DNA from: Candidatus Aminicenantales bacterium
GTDB lineage: Bacteria; Acidobacteriota; Aminicenantia; Aminicenantales; UBA4085
Length of the DNA stretch: 64,000 nt
Direction: 5' to 3'
Assembly: GCA_049697115.1 (NCBI GenBank)
Contig: JBAVVD010000048.1
Coordinates: 18,151-82,150, forward strand
Under the pieces are notes generated by a model. The model was not told the DNA's origin and did not search any database. It was given only the letters and a program-made list of their open reading frames with translations. Every line of letters begins with the position of its first letter. Positions within the stretch are counted from its first letter, which is position 1. The translations under genes were made by a program, and so were the position numbers. Shown here piece by piece: positions 18,425 through 27,819 of the stretch.

Positions 18425-19273
18425 GATTATGTTGTAATGTCTTCGCCACTGCCTGCGTGGCTCCAGTCGCACCCCTTCAATATACCGATTGAGGCGGTAC
18501 ATATCTCGCCCAGTTCTTTCAACAAGGGTTGGGCGTGCGACTCTATCTCGGATTATGTTGTAGCAACGCGCATAAAATTCCTTGGTCTCGTCTGGCCAAT
18601 TGTTGCAATATCCATTTTCCACTTCGATGAAACGTCTTATACAGTAAATCACAAGATCTGAGAACTGTATCATCGGGTTCCTGCGTAAGTCAATGGCATA
18701 GCTGAACTCGACAATCCACTTCACACGGTGGGTGGCAGCGCCACCGAAGCGGCGCTCCCGCATAATTCGCCCAATGTCATTGTGAAACTGCTCTTTTCTA
18801 TCCAGTATAATCATTCCTCGGGCTGACTGTCCGAGTCGCACTTTGACAAACCAGTTGATATACGTCACCAGATAGTCAAATCCAACAAGGTACGGTCGTT
18901 TCGGGTTATACGTCAATTTCATGCCAAGCGGTATATCTCTCATTCTTCGTTTGTCTATCGCTAAGTAGTGTACGTGGTGGGCTCGGTTAGGGAGTAGACC
19001 CAACACGTCCATGCAGAGTTGGTTTCTTCGGTCTCTGCATTCTCCTTGAAATGGACCGTTACCCTGTGGGCTCAGGAGTTCATCTGCGTGAAGTTCGAAG
19101 TCCGCCGGGAGATTGCCACCGAAGAAACGCTCGAGGCAGTGTTTCAATGCTTCGTGTGTTGCATTCCATCCTTCATCCCGAACGCTGACCCCGCCGATAA
19201 CCATAACTGGCTGATCGGGGTCATCAAGATTAGAACCCGTATCACCCGATTCGTCGATATAGTAGAAGTGCAT
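18419..19273 (-). CDS. DUF3800-family protein
   Basis: The N-terminal MHFYYIDESGDTGS matches the DUF3800 YIDESG signature. The 284-aa product is the first gene read outward from repeat copy C. Confidence 0.55.
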   Translation of the reverse strand: MHFYYIDESGDTGSNLDDPDQPVMVIGGVSVRDEGWNATHEALKHCLERFFGGNLPADFELHADELLSPQGNGPFQGECRDRRNQLCMDVLGLLPNRAHHVHYLAIDKRRMRDIPLGMKLTYNPKRPYLVGFDYLVTYINWFVKVRLGQSARGMIILDRKEQFHNDIGRIMRERRFGGAATHRVKWIVEFSYAIDLRRNPMIQFSDLVIYCIRRFIEVENGYCNNWPDETKEFYARCYNIIRDRVARPTLVERTGRDMYRLNRYIEGVRLEPRRQWRRHYNIIR

Positions 19274-19285
19274 TTCGTTCTTCCT

Positions 19286-19450
19286 CGCTAACTATTAATA
19301 TATTACATGCAGTAAAATGTGAAAAAAACTATTGAAAAAACGTCTTTTCATTGAGGAAGCCATCGATCAACACCTTAAGAATGCTGTAATGTTGTAATAT
19401 ATCTCATGTTATATTACAAGCTGTATATCTAATTTTTCCAATATTCGGCA
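19286..19450 (+). repeat. attI-like/platform repeat copy C (diverged)
   Basis: CGCTAACtattaatatattacatgcagta matches the first 35 bp of copy A, with patchy similarity after that. It abuts the start of the DUF3800 gene with an AGGAAG RBS. Confidence 0.5.
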
Positions 19451-19546
19451 AATCCTATGAATCATAAAGAGGGTGCGGATAAATATTTTGAGATGTATAA
19501 TATAATAATTGTTAGCGCCTATTAAACTTAAACGAAAGAATTAATA

Positions 19547-19717
19547 ATGGCTAAACAAAGAAAACTTTTTTTAACCAATTTGGCTGTAGGAATACTTGGT
19601 ATTTTCGTTGGAATTGAAAATTTGTTTCGATGGTTCTATGATGGATACTATATTCGTAATCTAATTATCGGCTTAATTTGTACTGCGGAATGCGATCAAA
19701 AAAGGTTGGGTTTTTGA
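19547..19717 (+). CDS. small hypothetical membrane protein (56 aa)
   Basis: MAKQRKLFLTNLAVGILGIFVGIENLFRWFYDGYYIRNLIIGLICTAECDQKRLGF has one predicted TM helix. It is below the ORF-track size cutoff, so the call is speculative. Confidence 0.2.
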   Translation: MAKQRKLFLTNLAVGILGIFVGIENLFRWFYDGYYIRNLIIGLICTAECDQKRLGF

Positions 19718-19798
19718 GTGTGCAGCCTTCGGGCCCTGATACCTGATACCCGACCATTAAATCTCTGAAAAATTCAGCTTCAAAGGAGTTTTAAGAAG

Positions 19799-20935
19799 AT
19801 GAAAAGATCAATCCTCGTCGCAACGACTTCCTTACTTTTGATCGGCCATTTGTTTGGAATGACTGATGAAAACACAGCCGGGAAAATTCCTTTTAAAAAA
19901 ATCGCTTATTTTATCTTGGTCACAACAAAAATCAACGATTCCAAGAATGATTACAACTTTATCATTGATACGGGAGGCGTTGCTCTGATTGATAAAGCGG
20001 TCGTTCAAGAACTCGGTCTCAAACAACGCGGACCGATGGCAAAAATAACAACTCTCAATTTGTCTGGATATCAAATAGAAAATGTCTTTTGCTTTACAAC
20101 CTTTGATTTTAACATTTTTAGACAATTAGGGACTCCAATACATGGGATTATCGGGTCAAATCTTATGGAAAGGTTTAAGGTGACGATTGACTTCCAATCA
20201 TGCTCTATCATTTTTTCAACGGATACCACATCCTTGACACCGCCTGATAATGGTATCTTTTTTACCTTTCGGAATCATCCGGTCAATAACGCTCCAATAA
20301 TCAAATTTAAAGTCAATCAGAAAATCATTGAAGGAATGATCGATACGGGTCAGCCTTACCCTGTGGTTTTACCGCTCAAAGATTTTGAACAATATGAAAA
20401 GTCCAACAATCCCGTTTCAATTCGATCGAAAGGTCTAATGATAAAATGGCCACAGACGACTCCGCAATATAATTATTTGACAAGATTAAAATCATGTGAA
20501 TTTGGAAGTTTAAAAATTACGGATGCCCTGGGCATCTTTGGAGAACTGCCTCCCCTGCTCTCAATGCCATTAATTGGTACAGATTTATTATCTCAATTTA
20601 AAATAATTATTAACTATCCCAAGGATGAAATGCTGTTCATTCCAAATCCAGATATTCATTTTGAGAACAATCAATTTTCTCTTGGTTTAAATCTAAATCT
20701 ATCAGAAAAAGATGAAATTTGGGTAGAGGGTGTATGGGAAAATTCTCCTGCGGATAAAGCCAATATACAAGTTGGAGATCAAGTTATTGCATTCAATTCG
20801 AAAAAAGTCACTCCTGAAAATTTGATCGAACTGATGGAAATGATGAAAGATGACCATATAGAATCGATACATTTAGAAATAAAAAATCAAAACGGAATAA
20901 GAAAATTGAAATTAAATAAAACAATGCTGTTTTAA
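19799..20935 (+). CDS. secreted pepsin-like (clan AA) aspartic protease with C-terminal PDZ domain
   Basis: The product has a signal peptide and two DTG motifs (IIDTGGVALI and MIDTGQPYPV), indicating a single-chain pseudo-dimer. The C-terminal PDZ-like stretch reads GVWENSPADKANIQVGDQVIAFN. The gene is AT-rich. Confidence 0.55.
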   Translation: MKRSILVATTSLLLIGHLFGMTDENTAGKIPFKKIAYFILVTTKINDSKNDYNFIIDTGGVALIDKAVVQELGLKQRGPMAKITTLNLSGYQIENVFCFTTFDFNIFRQLGTPIHGIIGSNLMERFKVTIDFQSCSIIFSTDTTSLTPPDNGIFFTFRNHPVNNAPIIKFKVNQKIIEGMIDTGQPYPVVLPLKDFEQYEKSNNPVSIRSKGLMIKWPQTTPQYNYLTRLKSCEFGSLKITDALGIFGELPPLLSMPLIGTDLLSQFKIIINYPKDEMLFIPNPDIHFENNQFSLGLNLNLSEKDEIWVEGVWENSPADKANIQVGDQVIAFNSKKVTPENLIELMEMMKDDHIESIHLEIKNQNGIRKLKLNKTMLF

Positions 20936-21029
20936 CGATTTGCGAAAGGAATGAATATTATACATTCATGTATTTAATATTTTGTGTAATCATTGCATGA
21001 ACACGGATTGAAATGCGTTCCATCAATTC

Positions 21030-21096
21030 CACGTTTATATGTTTTGTGGAATCACATCAATCGGGACGTAACTCTCGGCATTTCAACCGGTTATGC
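21030..21096 (-). repeat. attI-like/platform repeat copy D (partial, B orientation)
   Basis: atatgttttgtggaatcacatcaatcgggacgt matches copy B (atatttgatggaatcacataatatgcgacgt). It ends at GTTATGC (21090-21096), the same core as copy B, 40 nt before the VOC gene. Confidence 0.45.
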
Positions 21097-21135
21097 AAAA
21101 CGTAAGGCGGCACGAAGAGGGAAGAGAAAGGAACA

Positions 21136-21453
21136 ATGAAAAGATATCATCACATCGGAATTCCAACCGAAACAGCCCAGGCTGGGGAGACATACCTTGC
21201 GGAGTACAAGGCGCACTGCACGGATCACAAGCGCAATCCCTTCGGAATTCAGTGGATGCGGTTTGAGACTGACAGTCCGCTTCCGGCGCTCGTAAAAACG
21301 CTTTCGCATGTCGCATTCGAGGTGGATGATCTCGAACGCGCCCTCGCAGGACACGAGGTCATCATTGAGCCCAACAGTCCATCCGCGGGTGTTGTCGTGG
21401 CGTTCATTGTGTGCGACGGGGCGCCGGTGGAGTTCCTGCAATTCTCGAAGTAG
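21136..21453 (+). CDS. VOC / glyoxalase-bleomycin-resistance family protein
   Basis: The 105-aa product has the small betaabbb-module pattern (HIGIPT...HVAFEVDDLERA...VEFLQF). The gene is GC-rich. Confidence 0.6.
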   Translation: MKRYHHIGIPTETAQAGETYLAEYKAHCTDHKRNPFGIQWMRFETDSPLPALVKTLSHVAFEVDDLERALAGHEVIIEPNSPSAGVVVAFIVCDGAPVEFLQFSK

Positions 21454-21586
21454 TCATGTATCGCGGCGATCGGACTAACAACCGGCACGGCCCGACGGCC
21501 GGTGCGGTCATGCGCCTTTCATGTGCATGGTGAGCGCCCGTCCTGTCCGCCCGTCAGCCGGGACTTTATGCCACAGGAGAAATCGG

Positions 21587-22099
21587 ATGACAATTCGCAA
21601 GGAATCATCAAAAGACATTGATGCCATTCACCGCCTCAATGAGCAGGCATTCGGACAATCGCAGGAAGCCGACATTGTGGACAAACTCCGCAATCATTGC
21701 CGGGAAATTCTCTCGCTTGTTGCGCTTCAGGAAGACAAAATAGTCGGACATATACTTTTCAGTCCGGCCGCTATTGAAGGGAATCACGGCATCATCAAAG
21801 GCATGGGCCTGGCTCCTATGGCCGTCATTCCGGAGCATCAACGTCAAGGGATCGGCTCCGCACTGGTCAGAGAGGGAATTCAAATTTTAAAAGAATCGGA
21901 GTGTGCATTCATAATCGTGCTTGGCCATCCGGAATATTACCCTCGCTTTGGATTCAAACCGGCATCCAGATATGGAATCAAAAGTCAGTGGGACGGTGTG
22001 CCCGATGATGTGTTTATGATATCGTGGTTAAATGAATCAGCGGCCAAAGGTGTCTCGGGCGTCGCCAAATATAGAGAGGAATTTAATGACACAATGTAA
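21587..22099 (+). CDS. GNAT-family N-acetyltransferase
   Basis: The acetyl-CoA-binding motif HQRQGIGSALV is present. The listed ORF starts at 21521, and an internal Met at 21587 is more likely the start. Confidence 0.7.
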   Translation: MTIRKESSKDIDAIHRLNEQAFGQSQEADIVDKLRNHCREILSLVALQEDKIVGHILFSPAAIEGNHGIIKGMGLAPMAVIPEHQRQGIGSALVREGIQILKESECAFIIVLGHPEYYPRFGFKPASRYGIKSQWDGVPDDVFMISWLNESAAKGVSGVAKYREEFNDTM

Positions 22100-22147
22100 A
22101 TGCACGACGAATCGCTCAAGAGAGATGCGCCAAAAAGCCGCGGCGAT

Positions 22148-22630
22148 CTAAGAAAACCGCCTTTCGTGCTTCAGTAGCCACTCTTTTTTGCCCAGTCCGC
22201 TCCCATAGCCCACCAGCGACCCGTCGGATCCGATGACCCGATGGCAGGGGACGATGATCCCGATGGGATTGACATGGTTGGCGCCTCCCACCGCCCGCGC
22301 GGCTTTGGGTCTGCCGACGGCGCGGGCAATTTCACCATAGGAAGCCGTCCGGCCATAAGGGATTTTCATCAATTCTTTCCAGACCTTTTTCTGAAAATCC
22401 GTCCCTTCCAGAAGGAGCTTCACAGTGAATTTTTTCCTTTTCCCCTTGAAGTATTCATCGAGCTGCCGGATGCATTCCTTCAAGACGGGAGGCAGGCCTG
22501 TTTGAGACCGGCCGGCCTGAGGTTTTTTTTGTGTGAAACCCACAGAGAGGATTGCCCTTTCTGTGCCCTCAATTTTGAGAACTCCGACTTTCGACATGTA
22601 GAAAGCTTTGTAATTTTTTTCCATAATCAC
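22148..22630 (-). CDS. ogt: methylated-DNA--protein-cysteine methyltransferase
   Basis: The active-site motif IVPCHRVI and the HTH region YGEIARAVGRPKAARAVG are both present. Confidence 0.8.
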   Translation of the reverse strand: MIMEKNYKAFYMSKVGVLKIEGTERAILSVGFTQKKPQAGRSQTGLPPVLKECIRQLDEYFKGKRKKFTVKLLLEGTDFQKKVWKELMKIPYGRTASYGEIARAVGRPKAARAVGGANHVNPIGIIVPCHRVIGSDGSLVGYGSGLGKKEWLLKHERRFS

Positions 22631-22729
22631 TCCCTTCCCAATCTAACAGACTTCCTCTCGCTTATCAAGAAGAGGGATTCAAAATGGATTCAAGAGCACG
22701 CTTGAAAATGATTTCCCGTCGTCTTATGA

Positions 22730-25141
22730 TTGTGGCTCATGCATTTTCCCTTCCTCTTTCTTTGTCTTTCTCTGATTGCGGGAATCTGGGGGGCCTCGGC
22801 ATTTAATCTCTCCACTCCGGCCTCTCACATCGGACTGGCCGTCGGCCTGGCCCTGGCCTGGATTTTCTATCTTTATAAGAAGAACAGAGTCTGCTTCTTT
22901 TTTATTCTCCTCTCCACAGTATGCATCGGCGCCGGTCTCTTCTCCCATCACAACAGGAAATACGAAGAAAATCCCTTGCACAGATGGCAGCAGCCGGGGT
23001 ATGTCGATTTTACCGGCACGCTTGACCGTTCTCCCTCGCCTGGGCTGGAAAGAGATTTTTTATTCATAACGGTTGAAAAAATCGCTTTCCAGAACAGGGA
23101 ACAGAATATCCGGGGCCGACTCCGCGTTTCAATCCCTCACTCCGCAGAATATGCCATGCCCCGGAACCTGTTTCCGGGAGACAAAATCAAAGTCTCGGCG
23201 CAGCTTCAGTCCTTTCAGAAATACAGAAACTTCCAGAAGCCATTTATGATCAACTATCTCAAAAACCGGCGCATTCACAACCTGGCAGCCACAAAAAGCG
23301 GACTCCTCATCCACAAACTCAAGGAGGGAAAGAAATATTCTCCATTCCGGCTGATGGCGCAGCTCCGGTCCGGACTCCGGCAAAAAATCGAACAGCATTT
23401 TCCCTCACCGGATCAAAACTCCCTTTCTCCTGAAGGAGCGGTGCTGGAAGCCCTCGTCCTTGGAGAAAGAGGACGGATGAATCCCGCGACCACCCTCTCG
23501 CTCCAGAAAACAGGACTCTATCATCTTTTTGCCATCTCCGGCGCTCATATCGGGATCATCTGTTTTCTCCTTTTCTCTCTCCTCAAATGGGGGAAAGTCC
23601 CCACGCGCTTCTCCTATGCGGTATTGATCATTTTCCTTGTCTTTTATGCCTTTCTTGTCGAGGGAAGGGCATCGGTGCTCCGGGCGACGATCATGGCCGT
23701 TCTCTTTTTTTTGGGGAAACTCTTCTGGAAGGATGTTCATCTCCTCAACACGATCGCCATGAGCGCTTTTTTCCTGCTTCTGACCAATCCCTTCCAGCTC
23801 TTTGACCTCGGATTTCAATTGACTTTTATCGCCACCCTTTCCATTATTCTCTTCTTTCCGAAAGTCAACAGGCTTTTGCCCCGCCTTCCCCTCAGGCTCA
23901 GCGAAATTTTTGCCCTCTCTCTGACCGCCCAGGCCGGCGTCCTGCCCTTGATTGCCGTCTCTTTCAACAGGATTGTTTTCTCCTCCCTGATCCTCAATTT
24001 CATGGCCATTCCACTGGTCGGACTGATCATGGCGGCCGGATATGTCTTCCTGCCATTGTCTTTTGTCATTCCGGCTCTGGCCAGGCCCCTGGCGGGCGGG
24101 ATCGATTTTCTCATCCAAATTTTCATGAAATCCACGCAAATTCTAAATCCCATCGACTTTCTTTCCTACCGTATCCCAACGCCTCCGCCATGGATAGTCC
24201 TCGGCTACTTCGCCTTTCTTCTTCTGCTGCTCCTGCCCTTGAGGATCAAAAAGATGAAATGGCTCCTGGGCTTCGGCTTCGGAATCTTTTTCATCCTTTT
24301 AATCCTTCATCCCTTTCCTTCCGTATCTAAGGACCTCAAGATCACTTTCCTTGATGTCGGACAGGGAGACTCCATCCTTATCGAGTTCCCGGGAACACAT
24401 AAAATGCTGATTGACGGAGGCGGCCTTCCCACCGGAACTTTTGACATCGGAGAAAATGTGGTCAGCCGTTTTCTCTGGAGAAAGGGCATAAAAAAGATCG
24501 ATTATCTGGTCCTGACCCATTCCCACCCTGACCATCTCAATGGTCTGGTTGCCGTGGCCAGGAACTTTCGAGTCCGGGAGTTCTGGGAGGGCCCGAGTCC
24601 GTCAGATAACACAACATACGGCGCGCTTAAAAAGCAGTTGGATTCGGTTCTCCAGAAAAGAGTTAGCCGGGGATTCAGCCGCCGGGTCGGAGAAATTCAG
24701 ATTGACGTCCTTTCACCCGAAAAAGAAGCTCCGTTCGCTTTTGTATTAGAGAACGATCTGTCCGTTGTGTTAAGGATCACTCACGGTCTGACCTTTTTCC
24801 TGCTCACCGGAGATATCGGCAGGGATGCAGAAAAGGAGATTCTAGACACAGGGGGCAGAGTCAGAAGCCAGGTTCTGAAGTCCTCCCACCATGGGAGCGA
24901 CTCCTCAAGTTCCATGATCTTCCTTGAGTCTGTCGCTCCTCAGGTGGTGGTCGTCTCGGTCGGCAAGAAAAATCCCTACAATCTCCCCAGTCAGGAAGCT
25001 CTGGAGAGATATAGAGAGGTGGAAGCAAGGATTTTCCGTACGGACTTCCACGGGGCCGTAGAAATTATCTCTGATGGCAGAGAAATCTCCGTTCGGACGG
25101 CTTCAGGGGAACTTCTGCCAGGTCTGCGGTCTGCGGATTGA
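22730..25141 (+). CDS. comEC: DNA internalization-related competence protein ComEC/Rec2
   Basis: The 803-aa product is polytopic with a C-terminal metallo-beta-lactamase domain (LVLTHSHPDHLNGL). Confidence 0.85.
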   Translation: MWLMHFPFLFLCLSLIAGIWGASAFNLSTPASHIGLAVGLALAWIFYLYKKNRVCFFFILLSTVCIGAGLFSHHNRKYEENPLHRWQQPGYVDFTGTLDRSPSPGLERDFLFITVEKIAFQNREQNIRGRLRVSIPHSAEYAMPRNLFPGDKIKVSAQLQSFQKYRNFQKPFMINYLKNRRIHNLAATKSGLLIHKLKEGKKYSPFRLMAQLRSGLRQKIEQHFPSPDQNSLSPEGAVLEALVLGERGRMNPATTLSLQKTGLYHLFAISGAHIGIICFLLFSLLKWGKVPTRFSYAVLIIFLVFYAFLVEGRASVLRATIMAVLFFLGKLFWKDVHLLNTIAMSAFFLLLTNPFQLFDLGFQLTFIATLSIILFFPKVNRLLPRLPLRLSEIFALSLTAQAGVLPLIAVSFNRIVFSSLILNFMAIPLVGLIMAAGYVFLPLSFVIPALARPLAGGIDFLIQIFMKSTQILNPIDFLSYRIPTPPPWIVLGYFAFLLLLLLPLRIKKMKWLLGFGFGIFFILLILHPFPSVSKDLKITFLDVGQGDSILIEFPGTHKMLIDGGGLPTGTFDIGENVVSRFLWRKGIKKIDYLVLTHSHPDHLNGLVAVARNFRVREFWEGPSPSDNTTYGALKKQLDSVLQKRVSRGFSRRVGEIQIDVLSPEKEAPFAFVLENDLSVVLRITHGLTFFLLTGDIGRDAEKEILDTGGRVRSQVLKSSHHGSDSSSSMIFLESVAPQVVVVSVGKKNPYNLPSQEALERYREVEARIFRTDFHGAVEIISDGREISVRTASGELLPGLRSAD

Positions 25142-25174
25142 CACGAAAAGGAGCCTGGGTTATCATAACCCCAA

Positions 25175-25765
25175 ATGAAATTCCACAAAATCTGCGTTCT
25201 CCTGTCCCTTCTTCTCTTCTGCATATCTCTGGCCTTCACTCAGGATTTGGTGGAATTGGCAAAAAAGGAAAAGCAGCGGCGTGAAAGCCTGAAGGGAATG
25301 AGACGGATCATCGTCACCAATGCCGATCTGTTGAAGGTTAAAAAAAAGCCTGCACTCTCGACCCCCCCGCCTTCTGAGTCTGAAGAAGTCACAGAGTCTG
25401 AGTTACCTGAAGAAGAGGCGTCTGAAACAGAATCTGCCCCGGAGACGACGCTGGGAGCCCAACAGAATCGGGAACTTCAAATCGCCGCCCAGAAAAAACT
25501 TGAAGAAACGAAAGCGGAATATGAAGAAATATGGAAAAAAGCCACGGAATACAGAGAATTGCTGGGATTGAAAATGAATGCCCTCTGGCAGGAATTCTAC
25601 AGCATGGATGACATGACTCCCCGCGATCTAATCCAGAGGGCCATCAGCGATACCTATCTCAAACTCCAGGGGGCCCAAAATGAGGAAGCTCGGGCCAAAG
25701 AGGAATATGAGAGGTTTGTGGCTCAGGCGGAGAAAGAAAAAACCACTTCGATCTGGTTCCGATAA
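25175..25765 (+). CDS. hypothetical secreted protein (acidic/coiled-coil)
   Basis: The product has a signal peptide, then PPPSESEEVTESELPEEE and a helical C-terminus. Confidence 0.4.
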   Translation: MKFHKICVLLSLLLFCISLAFTQDLVELAKKEKQRRESLKGMRRIIVTNADLLKVKKKPALSTPPPSESEEVTESELPEEEASETESAPETTLGAQQNRELQIAAQKKLEETKAEYEEIWKKATEYRELLGLKMNALWQEFYSMDDMTPRDLIQRAISDTYLKLQGAQNEEARAKEEYERFVAQAEKEKTTSIWFR

Positions 25766-25782
25766 ATCAAAATTCCTATCGC

Positions 25783-26649
25783 CTACCTGAAATAGATAAA
25801 AGAAATCTGAACCCCCAATTCCCTTTCATCCTTGGAATTGGAAATCACCTTGGCGGGCACAAAGGTCTTATCCGTCACCACAGCCAGATAGAATTCATAC
25901 TTATCCCCGAGCGTTTCTTTCTTGATCTTGTAGGACTTCTCGAAAAACCCGTCGGTGGCGATAAATTCGTCTAAAGTCAGCCCGTTGATCTGAAAAATAA
26001 TCTTCTGGTCTTTGACGGCGTCTATGTTGGTCCCTCCCTTGATGACCAACAGGGCATCCTGACCAGGATTATCAATCACGCATCGGGCTTCTCTGCCGGT
26101 CCATCGCCATTGTTTCAGAATGGAATTCTGGTCCACTTCAAGGTCGTACCAGCCGCTCTCGTAAATGATTTCAGGCGTTCCGATAGGAGGAGGGACAACC
26201 TTTAATTTTTTAGACAGCACCTCAAGCTGGGATTTTCCGCTCCGGTCATAGGCATTGTACAATCCGACAGACAGTCTCAGCGTCTCCTCTCCCTTGAATT
26301 GAGGGTCAAACTCATCAATAAAGGTGGGGATGAATATTCTCCGCTTGTAGGTATATTCCTTTCCTTTCTCCCATTTGGAGGTCGGAACTTCAGGCGCATG
26401 ATCGTCCTGGATAAGGAGATTGGTTTTGTGCCAGAAATGCACAAAGATATTGTAGTCCCGGGTTAAGTTCTCAAAGTCACCGGCAATCTTCCAGGTGTAT
26501 TCAACATCCGTGATCAGGTAATCGGTCAGCGTGGGCTCAGAAAAATTTACCGAAAGATCGACCCCCTTGACTTGAGTTTTTTTCTGGCAGCCACACAGGA
26601 TTAAAGAAATGGCCAGTATAAACAATAATGGGTACAGCTCTTTTTTCAT
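25783..26649 (-). CDS. hypothetical lipoprotein
   Basis: The signal peptide carries the lipobox LILCGC. Confidence 0.4.
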   Translation of the reverse strand: MKKELYPLLFILAISLILCGCQKKTQVKGVDLSVNFSEPTLTDYLITDVEYTWKIAGDFENLTRDYNIFVHFWHKTNLLIQDDHAPEVPTSKWEKGKEYTYKRRIFIPTFIDEFDPQFKGEETLRLSVGLYNAYDRSGKSQLEVLSKKLKVVPPPIGTPEIIYESGWYDLEVDQNSILKQWRWTGREARCVIDNPGQDALLVIKGGTNIDAVKDQKIIFQINGLTLDEFIATDGFFEKSYKIKKETLGDKYEFYLAVVTDKTFVPAKVISNSKDERELGVQISFIYFR

Positions 26650-26793
26650 ATTCGGTCTCCTCCTTCATAAATCGAACACGGCGTATTATAAAAAATAACA
26701 GCTTCGATGTAAAGATCGAAGCCCAATCTCATCAATCTCGGAAATAAAAATGCGTACGGACAAAATGTGTGGATTGAAAGAGGAAATTGAATA

Positions 26794-27819
26794 TTGTATA
26801 GTTTCCAGAGGATGAAATTCCTCATCATCGTCTTTTCCCTTTTCTCACGTGCGGTTTGCCGCTTCAAAAATTTTCTGTATGATCGGCATGTCATCGAGCC
26901 TCAGAAGCCACCGCTCCCTGTGATCAGCGTGGGAAACATCACATTCGGAGGCTCTGAAAAAACTCCGCTCGCCATGGAACTGATCCACTTTCTTTTAAAC
27001 CAGGATTTCAAACCCGCCTTCATATCACGTGGGTATCGAGGAAAATGGGAAAAGGACGGAGGGATTCTTTCGGACGGAAAGAATATTCTGGGAACATGGA
27101 CAGACTCCGGAGACGAACCGTATATGGTCGCCAGAAACTTTCCTCAGGCCGGCGTTTTTATCGGAAAGCGGCGGATTCTTTCCTGCCAGAAGGCCAAAGA
27201 CCTGGGTTTTAATATTGCGGTTCTGGACGACGGACTCCAGCACCGCCGCCTGGATCGCGATCTGGAGATTGTTCTCCATAATCCGCGGGAAAAATGGGCT
27301 CTCCGTGAAGGCCCTTCAGCCCTTAAAAGGGCGGACATTCTACTTCTAGATGGAGGAGAGCCGACATCCGGGAAATTGCGCCGGAAGATTCCTTCGGGCG
27401 TTCCCCTCATGGAATATCGCGTCACGGCCAAGCGCCTCAGGCGCCTGGAAAATGAAGAACCGGCCCCTCTCCAAGACTTCAGACAGAAAAGAGTCCTTGC
27501 CTTCTGCGGCATAGCCAGGCCGGAGCGTTTCTTTTCTCTTCTAAAAAAAGAAGGCCTGGAACCTGTCTTTCACACCAAGTTTCCGGATCACTATCCGTAT
27601 TCCCGACGGTCTTTGAAAAAGATTGCGAAAAAATGCAAAGATCTTCAAATAGAGGCCGCCGTAACCACAGAGAAAGACGCCGTCCGGCTTCTGGACCGAC
27701 TTGACCTTCTGAAAGATATTCCCGTTTACTATCTGAAAATCGGGCTTGAACTGGAAAAGTCCTTTACCGATAAAATCCTGTTATTTCTCCAGGCTCAGCC
27801 ACGGAAAGAGAAAAAATGA
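26794..27819 (+). CDS. lpxK: tetraacyldisaccharide 4'-kinase
   Basis: The P-loop-like VISVGNITFGGSEKTP matches the LpxK GNITVGGTGKTP block. Confidence 0.75.
   Translation: MYSFQRMKFLIIVFSLFSRAVCRFKNFLYDRHVIEPQKPPLPVISVGNITFGGSEKTPLAMELIHFLLNQDFKPAFISRGYRGKWEKDGGILSDGKNILGTWTDSGDEPYMVARNFPQAGVFIGKRRILSCQKAKDLGFNIAVLDDGLQHRRLDRDLEIVLHNPREKWALREGPSALKRADILLLDGGEPTSGKLRRKIPSGVPLMEYRVTAKRLRRLENEEPAPLQDFRQKRVLAFCGIARPERFFSLLKKEGLEPVFHTKFPDHYPYSRRSLKKIAKKCKDLQIEAAVTTEKDAVRLLDRLDLLKDIPVYYLKIGLELEKSFTDKILLFLQAQPRKEKK

Noticed and set aside
22724-24153. Long antisense ORFs inside comEC (23405..24139 and others)
   Set aside because: Their translations are dominated by G, Q, E and R runs and lie opposite a well-supported 803-aa ComEC.
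25815-25841. Perfect 8-bp inverted repeat CCAATTCC/GGAATTGG between convergent genes
   Set aside because: It lies inside the 3' end of the lipoprotein ORF (25783..26649) and lacks a U-tract, so I did not call it a terminator.
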